A stretch of DNA of 64,000 nucleotides from an uncultured Clostridia bacterium. GTDB lineage: Bacteria > Bacillota > Clostridia > Christensenellales > CAG-917. The stretch lies in NCBI GenBank assembly GCA_934277615.1, contig CAKQUV010000001.1:206380-270379 (forward strand). Reading direction: 5' to 3'. Under the pieces are notes generated by a model, which was given only the letters and a program-made list of their open reading frames with translations, was not told the origin of the DNA and did not search any database. The position numbers and the translations under genes are program-made. Positions 56,227 through 64,000 of this stretch are shown in pieces; position 1 is the stretch's first letter; each line of letters starts with the position of its first letter.

Positions 56227-57594
56227 TTAATTTCCATTTTCCGTCATAATCCTCTTTATGTCCTCAAATATCATCTTGTATTCCGACACAAAGCACTCGT
56301 ACGTTACGCGGATGAACGGCTCTGTTCCGCTGGGGCGGACGATTAGGCGACCGCTGTTTGCGTAGAGGTTGTTGACAGCGGTGATTTTTGCTTGAAAGTC
56401 GTCGCTTATTATGGTTTGCGACGGGTTTTGAGCGGTTATATTGAATTCGAGCATGGGGTAGGGCGTGTATTTAGGCAGACTTCCGAGCGTGCGCTTGACT
56501 TCCAGAATGCTGAGTGCAGTGATAAGTCCGTCGCCTGTATTTGCTCTGTCGAGCATGAGGATATGTCCGCTTTTTTCGCCGCCGAGCAGACATCCTTGCG
56601 CATTGAGCGCGTCAAGAACGTGCTTATCTCCGACGTCCGTGCGTATGAGTGCAGTGTTGTGGTATGCAAGTTCCCTTTGCAGTTTCGTGCCGGTCAGAAT
56701 AGTGCCCACGACAAACCGCTTTTTGAGCTTTCCTTGCAGCCTGTACAAAGTGGAAAGAGCAAGCAACATAGCGTCGCCGTCGTATATTTTGCCGTCCACC
56801 ACGCCAAGCACTCTATCTCCGTCTCCGTCGAACGCAAAGCCGATTTCGTCTTTTTTCACACGTCGTGCAAACTCTTCTATATGCGTGCTTCCGCACCCGA
56901 CGTTGACCTTTTCTCCGTCTCGGAAATTATGCTCCGCGCACACCACCGCCCCGAGGGACATAAACACCGCAGGCGCAAGCGTGGCAAAGCACCCGTATGC
57001 GCAGTCCAGACGAATTTTGTATCCGTCAAAGCGCGGAAACATGGATTTTACATGCTTTGCATACAAAAATTCCGCCCCGTCGACAATGCGAATCCTATGA
57101 TTTTTCACGGACGGCGTAATGTGCAAATCGCTCAGAATCTCGTCCTCCGTCAGCGTATCTGCACACAAATCCTCGTACAAAAACGCCACGGATTCCTCTT
57201 TCGGATTGTTCATAAGCTCAAACACTGCGCTGTCCAGCACGCACTCTTCCTCGCTTGAGAGTTTTCTTCCGCCTTTGCCGAACACTTTTAGCCCGTTGAA
57301 TTCCGGCGGATTGTGCGACGCGGTGATCATAATCGCATAGTCGGCTTTTTGCGATTGCGCCGTATATGCGAGGGCAGGGGTAGGCAAAACTCCCGCAAGC
57401 CAAATCTGCGCCGAGCCTTCCAGCAACCCTTTGCACAGTTGCTTTTCTATATCTTGCGAGCTTTCTCGCACGTCGCGCGCGACAATCACCTTTCCGCCTT
57501 TTTGCGAAATAGCCTTGCCCAAAAAATACGGAATATCCGCGCTTATAAGCGTATCCGCTTTGTTTCTTATACCGTCTGTACCGAAATAATGCAT
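56227..57594 (-). CDS. glmM: phosphoglucosamine mutase (phosphohexomutase family)
   Basis: Start set at ATG 57594 (MHYFGTDGIRNKA...), giving 455 aa. Active-site loop ITASHNPPEFNGLKVF. The 534-aa ORF-track version runs across the trxB terminator and is rejected. No SD upstream. Confidence 0.8.
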   Translation of the reverse strand: MHYFGTDGIRNKADTLISADIPYFLGKAISQKGGKVIVARDVRESSQDIEKQLCKGLLEGSAQIWLAGVLPTPALAYTAQSQKADYAIMITASHNPPEFNGLKVFGKGGRKLSSEEECVLDSAVFELMNNPKEESVAFLYEDLCADTLTEDEILSDLHITPSVKNHRIRIVDGAEFLYAKHVKSMFPRFDGYKIRLDCAYGCFATLAPAVFMSLGAVVCAEHNFRDGEKVNVGCGSTHIEEFARRVKKDEIGFAFDGDGDRVLGVVDGKIYDGDAMLLALSTLYRLQGKLKKRFVVGTILTGTKLQRELAYHNTALIRTDVGDKHVLDALNAQGCLLGGEKSGHILMLDRANTGDGLITALSILEVKRTLGSLPKYTPYPMLEFNITAQNPSQTIISDDFQAKITAVNNLYANSGRLIVRPSGTEPFIRVTYECFVSEYKMIFEDIKRIMTENGN

Positions 57595-57747
57595 ATAATC
57601 ACTATATGAAAAAGCGTATGTCAAAGCGCGCCATATTTTGTCGAAAAAGCGATTATTTGCACGAAATCGACGGACATTATTACGAAAAAAGATTTGTGAA
57701 AATAGGACAATCAGGAAAAACAGAAAGAACTCAAAACAACCGAAATA

Positions 57748-57776
57748 CAAAAAAGAGCGAGAGTTTTCTCGCTCTT
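57748..57776 (-). terminator. intrinsic terminator after trxB
   Basis: Minus strand: agagcgag-aaaact-ctcgctct followed by T6. Confidence 0.7.
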
Positions 57777-57799
57777 TTCTATATCGCACCAACTGATTT

Positions 57800-58690
57800 T
57801 TATGCCTCTTGTGCGCATATCGCGCCTGCAATTGCGCCGTCTGCGCAAGCCGTAACTACTTGGCGCAGAGTCGTATCTCTCACGTCGCCAACCGCAAAAA
57901 CGCCGTCTATATCAGTGCGCATATTTTCGTCCGTGATTATATACCCGTCGCTTGTTTTTTGCACCCCTTCAAAGAGATTCGATTCGGGAATTTGTCCGAT
58001 TGCCACAAACACGCCGTCAACCGAAACGGTACTTAACGTATCGTTTTTGACATTTTTAAGCGTCATTTGTGTCAAATTATCATCGCCGTCAAGATTTTGA
58101 ACAACGCTACTCCAAATCACTTCAACGTTGCTTTTTTCAAGCCTGTCGCAAAGGATTCTGTCCGCACGCAAAGCGTCTCTGCGATGCACGAGATACACCT
58201 TGCTCGCAAGTTTTTCAAGATAGAGCGCGTCCTCTACCGCGGTATTTCCGCCGCCTATCACGGCAACCGTTTTGCCCTTGAAGAATGCGCCGTCGCAAGT
58301 CGCGCAATAACTCACGCCTTTACCGAGGAAACGACTTTCGTTTTCAACGCCGAGTTTTCTCGGGCTTGCGCCCGTTGCGATGATAATGAATTTCGCGCTC
58401 AATTTGTTTCCGCTCTCGAGCGTGATTTTTTTGTTTTGCAAATCGCAAGCGGCTATTCTGTCAAGAGCAAAGTCCACGCCAAAGGACGTGCATTGCTCCA
58501 TCATCGAGTAGCAGAGGTCAAATCCGCCGACTGCTTTTATGCCGGGGTAGTTTTGGATTTCGTGAGCGGTTTGCGCTTGTCCGCCTATGCTTTTGCTTTC
58601 GACGATTACGGTTTTTAGACCGCCTCTTGCGGCATATATTCCTGCGCTTAGTCCTGCGGGGCCGCCGCCTATAATTATTACGTCATACAT
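57800..58690 (-). CDS. trxB: thioredoxin-disulfide reductase
   Basis: Start at ATG 58690 (MYDVIIIGGGPAG) with GAGGTG 6 nt upstream. Redox centre CATCDG and a second GGGNTA nucleotide-binding motif. Confidence 0.92.
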   Translation of the reverse strand: MYDVIIIGGGPAGLSAGIYAARGGLKTVIVESKSIGGQAQTAHEIQNYPGIKAVGGFDLCYSMMEQCTSFGVDFALDRIAACDLQNKKITLESGNKLSAKFIIIATGASPRKLGVENESRFLGKGVSYCATCDGAFFKGKTVAVIGGGNTAVEDALYLEKLASKVYLVHRRDALRADRILCDRLEKSNVEVIWSSVVQNLDGDDNLTQMTLKNVKNDTLSTVSVDGVFVAIGQIPESNLFEGVQKTSDGYIITDENMRTDIDGVFAVGDVRDTTLRQVVTACADGAIAGAICAQEA

Positions 58691-58785
58691 AAGTTTCACC
58701 TCGTTTGCATTATAGTTCAAAGCGCCTAGATAGTCAACTTTCAGAGCATATATGCGCGCCCGCGCGCCAAAACGCGCAAAATTAC

Positions 58786-58814
58786 TTTACAAATACAAGT
58801 TTTGTTTATATAAT
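58786..58814 (+). promoter_or_regulatory. sigma-A-type promoter for asnS
   Basis: TTTACA (58786-58791), 17-nt spacer, TATAAT (58809-58814), 24 nt upstream of ATG 58839. Confidence 0.5.
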
Positions 58815-58838
58815 TATTTAACATAATGAGGTAATTGT

Positions 58839-60230
58839 ATGCAAAACATCGACATTTCACGCATTCTTACCGACGGTAAGCAATACGAAGGCAAACAAGT
58901 CAACGTCGCAGGTTGGGTACGCTCCGCTCGCGACAGCAAAACGATGGCGTTTTTGGCACTCAACGACGGCACGTCGCTCAAACATTTGCAAATCGTCATC
59001 GACAAGTCCGAGTTTGAGCCGACCGCACTTGCGTCGGTCTTGAAAAACGGCGTATCCGTATCCGTTGACGGCATAGTCGTTCCCGCAATGAAAGAGGGCG
59101 AGTATGAACTCAATGCCAAAGAGATTACGCTTCTTGGCGATTGTCCGCAAGACTATCCGCTCCAAAAGAAGTATCATACAATGGAATTTTTGCGCACCAT
59201 TCCGCACTTGCGCCCCCGTACAAACACGATGAACGCAATGCTCCGCGTGCGCTCCAAACTCAGTTTCGCAATCCACCGTTTCTTCCAGGAGAACGGTTAC
59301 ACATACGTCCACACCCCGATTATCACGGGCAGCGACTGTGAGGGCGCAGGCGAGATTTTCAGAGTTACCACTCAAAACTACAAGGACGCAATCCTTGCCA
59401 AAGACGAGGCGGAGTATATCGCCAACGATTTCTTCCGTCGCAAAGCGGGACTTACCGTCAGCGGACAGCTCGAAGGCGAAGTCGCGGCAATGGCAATGGG
59501 CAAGATTTACACGTTCGGTCCGACGTTCAGAGCAGAAAACAGCAACACGCCCAGACACGCTGCGGAATTTTGGCAATGCGAGCCGGAAGTGGCTTTTGCA
59601 AAACTTCCCGACATCATCGACATCGCAACCAAGATGATAAAATACATTATCAAAGCGGTGCTCGAAGAGTGCCCCGACGAGATAGCGTTCTTCGAAAAAG
59701 CGTTCGAACCCGGTCTGAAAGACAAACTCCAACACGTTGTGGACAGCGACTTTGTTATTCTCGACTACTCCAAGGCAATCGATATCCTCAAAGAGAGCAA
59801 GGTGGAATTTGCGTATCCTGTGGAGTGGGGGCTCGACCTTCAAAGCGAACATGAGAGATACATCACGGAAAAGGTTTTCAACAAACCCGTGTTTGTCATC
59901 AACTATCCCAAGAAAATCAAGTCTTTCTATATGAAACAAAACGACGACGGTATCACCGTCGCCGCAACGGACTTGCTTGTGCCGGGCGTCGGTGAAATCA
60001 TCGGCTGCAGCGAGCGCGAGGCGGACTATGACAAACTCAAACAAGCAATGGTCGAAAGAGGCATGAACCTTGACGATTACACGGGCTATATGGATTTGAG
60101 AAAATACGGCAGCGTGCCGCACAGCGGTTTCGGTCTGGGGCTTGAGCGTATTTTGATGTACGTAACAGGCATCGGCAACATCCGCGACGTACAACTCTAT
60201 TCGAGAACGGCAGGAGATTTGATGGCGTAA
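58839..60230 (+). CDS. asnS: asparagine--tRNA ligase
   Basis: 463 aa, class IIb. FRAENSNTPRHAAEFWQCEPE and GSVPHSGFGLGLERI. Confidence 0.95.
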   Translation: MQNIDISRILTDGKQYEGKQVNVAGWVRSARDSKTMAFLALNDGTSLKHLQIVIDKSEFEPTALASVLKNGVSVSVDGIVVPAMKEGEYELNAKEITLLGDCPQDYPLQKKYHTMEFLRTIPHLRPRTNTMNAMLRVRSKLSFAIHRFFQENGYTYVHTPIITGSDCEGAGEIFRVTTQNYKDAILAKDEAEYIANDFFRRKAGLTVSGQLEGEVAAMAMGKIYTFGPTFRAENSNTPRHAAEFWQCEPEVAFAKLPDIIDIATKMIKYIIKAVLEECPDEIAFFEKAFEPGLKDKLQHVVDSDFVILDYSKAIDILKESKVEFAYPVEWGLDLQSEHERYITEKVFNKPVFVINYPKKIKSFYMKQNDDGITVAATDLLVPGVGEIIGCSEREADYDKLKQAMVERGMNLDDYTGYMDLRKYGSVPHSGFGLGLERILMYVTGIGNIRDVQLYSRTAGDLMA

Positions 60231-60290
60231 CGCCATAGGAAAATCGCAAAGGTAAGGGGGCTTTCGCAGCGGCGAAAGAGTGAGGTGAAA

Positions 60291-61301
60291 ATGTACAATC
60301 TCAAAATACCCAGCGACTACCGCCCAAAGCAGACCATCCGCGAGACGGAAAAGGCAATCAAGTACGTAAAAGACGCTTTTCAGCGCAACTTTATCAAAAA
60401 CTTCGGTTTTGAGAGAGTGTCCGCGCCATTGTTCGTCAAGAGCAACACGGGCGTAAACGACGACCTCAACGGCGTTGAAAGAGCGGTGCGTTTCGACATC
60501 CTCGAACAGGACGGTGCGGAAGCGGAAATTGTCCACTCGCTTGCAAAATGGAAACGTATCGCCCTCAAAAGATACGGCTTTAGAAGCGGTGAGGGCATAT
60601 ATACGGATATGAACGCCATTCGTCGCGACGACAAGTGCGACAATCTCCACTCGATATACGTCGATCAATGGGATTGGGAAATGGTGATAAGCGAGCAACA
60701 GCGGTGCGTCGACTTTCTCAAAATGATAGTATCTCGCATTGTGGGCGCAATCGTCGATACGTCGGAAGAAACCAAAAAAGTGTTTCCGTGTATTGACCTG
60801 AATCTCAAACGCGAAGTAACTTTTATCACCGCGCAAGAGGCGCTTGACAGATATCCCGACCTCGACCCGCACGCAAGAGAAAGCGCGCTTACCAAGGAGT
60901 ACGGAACGGTGTTTTTGATGAACATCGGCGGATTGCTTTCAAACGGCACACGCCACGACGGAAGAGCGCCCGATTATGACGACTGGACGTTAAACGGCGA
61001 TATCCTCTTCTATGACGAAGTGCTTGGCGAGAGTATAGAGATATCCTCTATGGGCATAAGGGTAGACGCGCAAAGCCTTGCAAAACAACTTGCCGAGGCA
61101 GGCGCGACAGACAGAATGAACAATGCCTATCATAAGGATGTGGCAAGCGGCAATTTGCCTCTCACCATAGGCGGCGGAATAGGTCAATCGAGGCTTTGTA
61201 TGTTGCTTTTGCAAAAGGCGCATATAGGCGAAGTGCAATCCAGCCTCTGGCCGGACGAGATGCACGAAAAATGTGAAAAAGCAGGTATAAACTTGCTGTA
61301 A
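60291..61301 (+). CDS. asnA: aspartate--ammonia ligase (asparagine synthetase A)
   Basis: IVHSLAKWKR and the class-II-aaRS-like catalytic core. About 336 aa from ATG 60291 (alternative GTG 60285). Confidence 0.9.
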   Translation: MYNLKIPSDYRPKQTIRETEKAIKYVKDAFQRNFIKNFGFERVSAPLFVKSNTGVNDDLNGVERAVRFDILEQDGAEAEIVHSLAKWKRIALKRYGFRSGEGIYTDMNAIRRDDKCDNLHSIYVDQWDWEMVISEQQRCVDFLKMIVSRIVGAIVDTSEETKKVFPCIDLNLKREVTFITAQEALDRYPDLDPHARESALTKEYGTVFLMNIGGLLSNGTRHDGRAPDYDDWTLNGDILFYDEVLGESIEISSMGIRVDAQSLAKQLAEAGATDRMNNAYHKDVASGNLPLTIGGGIGQSRLCMLLLQKAHIGEVQSSLWPDEMHEKCEKAGINLL

Positions 61302-61332
61302 AAATACAAAATCTTATACTTAAAAGGTGTAT

Positions 61333-63084
61333 ATGGAACTCAGAACTCACAATTGTGGCGAATTGCGTCAATCAGACGAGGGCAAACACGTCAAGCTTTG
61401 CGGCTGGCTTTCCAGCGTCCGCGACCTTGGCTCGGTTATCTTTTTCGTATTGCGCGACTACTACGGATACACTCAAGCCGTGGTAAGCGACGAGGACAAA
61501 AAAGAGCAAATCCGCGCAATCCCTCGCGAAAGCACGATATCCGTTGAGGGCAAAGTCGTGCTCCGCAGCGCGCCGAACAAAGACATGCCTACGGGTATGA
61601 TTGAAATCGAGCCCGAAAAAATCGAACTTTTGGGCAAGTGCTACGAACTTCTTCCGTTTGAGATTGCCACAAGCACTCAATCGAGAGAGGACGTACGTCT
61701 CAAATATCGTTTCCTCGATTTGAGAAATCCCGACGTGAAAGCCAAGATCGTATTCCGCTCCAAAGTGGTAAGTTGGCTGCGCAACAAGATGACGTCTCTC
61801 GGATTTTTGGAAATCACGACGCCTATCTTGACGTCAAGTTCCCCCGAGGGCGCGCGCGACTATATCGTGCCGTCCAGACTTTATCCGGGACATTTTTACG
61901 CACTTCCGCAAGCGCCGCAACAATACAAACAATTGCTTATGGCGTCGGGCTTTGACAAATACTTCCAAATCGCGCCTTGTTTCAGAGACGAGGACGCACG
62001 TGCGGACAGAAGCCCCGGCGAATTCTATCAGCTCGACACAGAGATGTGCTTTGCGACGCAAGAGGACGTTTTCACGGTTATGGAAGAAGTGCTCAGCGGC
62101 GTATTCAAAGAGTTCTCTCCCGAGGGCTACAAGGTTGACCAAGGTCCTTTCCGCAGAATCACTTATCGCGACGCAATGAGAGATTACGGCTCGGACAAAC
62201 CCGACCTCCGCAACCCCCTCATTATCAAGGACGTTACTGACATTTTGAGCGAAAAAGCACCTTTCTTCGAGAAGGGCAAGACCATAAAGGCAATCGCCGT
62301 CAACGACTTCAAAGAGACGAGAAAGTGGATTGACGCACTTGTTGAGAAATCCAAACAAAACGGCGCAAGCAATATGTATTGGTTCAAACTCGACGAGAAG
62401 GGAGAACTTGCAGGCGGAATCGCAAAATTCCTTGCCGACAGCAAAGACGCGCTTGTCCAAAGACTTGACCTCAAAGCCGGCGGATTCGTCGCGATTTTGG
62501 CAGAAGAGAAGGGCGTTGAAAAGCAAGCGGGTTACGTACGCACGGAATTGGGTACAGGACTTGATTTACTTGAAAAGAACGCATTCCGTTTCTGCTGGAT
62601 CGTCGATTTCCCGATGTACGAATACGATGACGACGGTGTTCTCGGCTTCTGCCACAACCCGTTCTCCATGCCTCAAGGCGGCTTGGACGCACTCAACAAT
62701 TTGGACCCGCTCGACATCGTCGCATATCAATACGACAGCGTTGTCAACGGCGTGGAATTGAGCTCGGGCGCAGTGAGAAACCACGAGCCTGCCATTATGG
62801 AAAGAGCGTTTGAAATCGTCGGCTACGGCAAAGACGTCATTGAGGAAAAATTCTCCGCGCTTTACAATGCGTTCAAGTTCGGCGCTCCGCCGCACGCAGG
62901 TATCGCGCCGGGCGTTGACCGTATTGTGATGTTGCTTGCCAACGAGCCGAGCATTAGAGAGATCATCACCTTCCCGATGGACAGAAACGCACGCGACGTG
63001 CTTATGGGCGCGCCGTCCACCGTTACCGAAAAGCAACTTAAAGAAGTGCATATCAAAATCGATATGCCCAAAGAGGAAAAATAA
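61333..63084 (+). CDS. aspS: aspartate--tRNA ligase
   Basis: MELRTHNCGELR, CFRDEDARADRSPGEFYQLD, GAPPHAGIAPGVDR. Bacterial-type GAD insertion present. Alternative GTG start at 61327. Confidence 0.95.
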   Translation: MELRTHNCGELRQSDEGKHVKLCGWLSSVRDLGSVIFFVLRDYYGYTQAVVSDEDKKEQIRAIPRESTISVEGKVVLRSAPNKDMPTGMIEIEPEKIELLGKCYELLPFEIATSTQSREDVRLKYRFLDLRNPDVKAKIVFRSKVVSWLRNKMTSLGFLEITTPILTSSSPEGARDYIVPSRLYPGHFYALPQAPQQYKQLLMASGFDKYFQIAPCFRDEDARADRSPGEFYQLDTEMCFATQEDVFTVMEEVLSGVFKEFSPEGYKVDQGPFRRITYRDAMRDYGSDKPDLRNPLIIKDVTDILSEKAPFFEKGKTIKAIAVNDFKETRKWIDALVEKSKQNGASNMYWFKLDEKGELAGGIAKFLADSKDALVQRLDLKAGGFVAILAEEKGVEKQAGYVRTELGTGLDLLEKNAFRFCWIVDFPMYEYDDDGVLGFCHNPFSMPQGGLDALNNLDPLDIVAYQYDSVVNGVELSSGAVRNHEPAIMERAFEIVGYGKDVIEEKFSALYNAFKFGAPPHAGIAPGVDRIVMLLANEPSIREIITFPMDRNARDVLMGAPSTVTEKQLKEVHIKIDMPKEEK

Positions 63085-63122
63085 GAAATATCAAAAGTGA
63101 CATTGTCACCAGGAGAAATATA

Positions 63123-64000
63123 ATGAAAAAGAAAATTTTGAGCGCAATTGCGGCAACGCTTATCCTTGCGGTATGCATCGTATGTCTCGTTGCTTGCAAC
63201 CCGTACAAGATGGACGCCATTGGCGGCGGAGACGCATCCGCAAAAGTCGAGTCCAACGGCGGTTACGTCGTAAAACAAGGTAATTACGTGTACTTTATCA
63301 ACGGCTACGTCGGCGCAGACGCAGACGCGGCATGGGGCGCAGCCACCAAACAAGGCATTGTCCGTGCAGAGTACAAGGACGGCAAAATCGACAACAGCAC
63401 TTCCAAAGTGCTTGTTCCCAAGAGTGTTTACAACTCTTCCGCAAACGGCGGCATCGCTATTTTTGGCGAATGGGTTTACTATGCAACGCCCAACGTCGAT
63501 AAAGACAAAAACGGCACCGCGTCCACAACCAATACCGACTTTATGCGCACCAAGATCGACGGCAGCGTAACTCAACTTATCGGCACCATCGGCACTCGTT
63601 CTTCCGAATATCTCTTCACGCCGACTCGCGTATATTACTACGAGAGCAGCAAAATCAGCTATATCGATTTCTCGGGCATGAAGACCAATAAGAACATCGA
63701 CAATGGCAAGGGCGCGGTCAAAGGCGTGCTTGCAGAGAACGTAACCGGCGTCGCATGGAAGTATGATTGCAACGAGTTCTATTACACTCAAAACGCACCC
63801 ACAGAGGAAAGTTATATGAACTACAACAACCTCTGCGCGTCAACGCTCGCAGGTGAAACTCGCACTATCGCAACCAAAAACACTTTCACCGAGAACGTAA
63901 CGGGCGATCCGCTCAACGTTTTCAAATTCACGCTCGTAACGATGTACGTTGAAAGCGACGGCAGCGCAACTCTTTACTACACCAAGGCGCACACCGTAAG
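63123..64000 (+). CDS. lipoprotein, partial (runs off the window end)
   Basis: ATG 63123 with AGGAG RBS. Lipobox MKKKILSAIAATLILAVCIVCLVAC. Open frame to the end of the window with Tyr/Asn/Gly-rich beta-propeller-like text (YVYFINGY, WVYYATPN). Absent from the ORF track because it has no stop. Confidence 0.65.
   Translation, partial: MKKKILSAIAATLILAVCIVCLVACNPYKMDAIGGGDASAKVESNGGYVVKQGNYVYFINGYVGADADAAWGAATKQGIVRAEYKDGKIDNSTSKVLVPKSVYNSSANGGIAIFGEWVYYATPNVDKDKNGTASTTNTDFMRTKIDGSVTQLIGTIGTRSSEYLFTPTRVYYYESSKISYIDFSGMKTNKNIDNGKGAVKGVLAENVTGVAWKYDCNEFYYTQNAPTEESYMNYNNLCASTLAGETRTIATKNTFTENVTGDPLNVFKFTLVTMYVESDGSATLYYTKAHTV

Noticed and set aside
57595-57831. The N-terminal 79-codon extension of the glmM ORF (534-aa version in the ORF track).
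   Set aside because: The extension runs across the trxB intrinsic terminator and overlaps the trxB stop. It is hydrophobic nonsense that precedes the canonical MHYFGTDGIR N-terminus.

Overview
Origin-proximal chromosomal segment of a Firmicutes (Clostridia-like) genome. This guess rests on gene content: yyaC, jag, a low-GC-type replication and partition gene set, and CCA-encoded tRNA. Almost the whole oriC-linked housekeeping set is present (dnaN, dnaA, recF, parB, parA, rsmG, gyrB, gyrA, rpmH, rnpA, yidD, yidC, jag, mnmE, mnmG). Its order and orientation are scrambled, and dnaA is inverted between dnaN and recF. The first 19 kb is a cell-envelope block: a polytopic permease, a Big_2/beta-helix exoprotein, a ~2150-aa InlB-repeat/MBG-repeat lipoprotein, a Big_2-VanZ fusion, yyaC, cvpA and an 1149-aa repeat protein. 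Other genes are an ABC-F ATPase, tRNA-Asn, mtnN-luxS, hemolysin III, a GH13 glucosidase, an FprA-type flavoprotein, uppP, ychF, argS, glmM, trxB, asnS-asnA-aspS and a partial lipoprotein. The unusual content is non-coding. (i) A 2.5-kb A+T-rich, gene-poor island (32.4-34.9 kb) carries four parS-like palindromes, DnaA boxes and a frameshifted ydeI. (ii) Three families of modular, hairpin-rich intergenic repeats show compensatory stem substitutions and start at or near the stop codon of the upstream gene or lie at synteny breakpoints. I call them A (110-150 nt palindromic units), B (125-150 nt core plus a long variable hairpin) and C (250-360 nt). (iii) A consensus orphan promoter drives about 0.8 kb of ORF-free repeat modules. 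(iv) The dnaA, recF and permease promoters look leaderless. (v) tRNA-Asn has a C55 T-loop and is followed by duplicated tRNA 3' ends. I saw no CRISPR array, rRNA, transposase or integrase, and no recognisable defence operon. All calls come from reading the sequence and the ORF translations; no database search was run.
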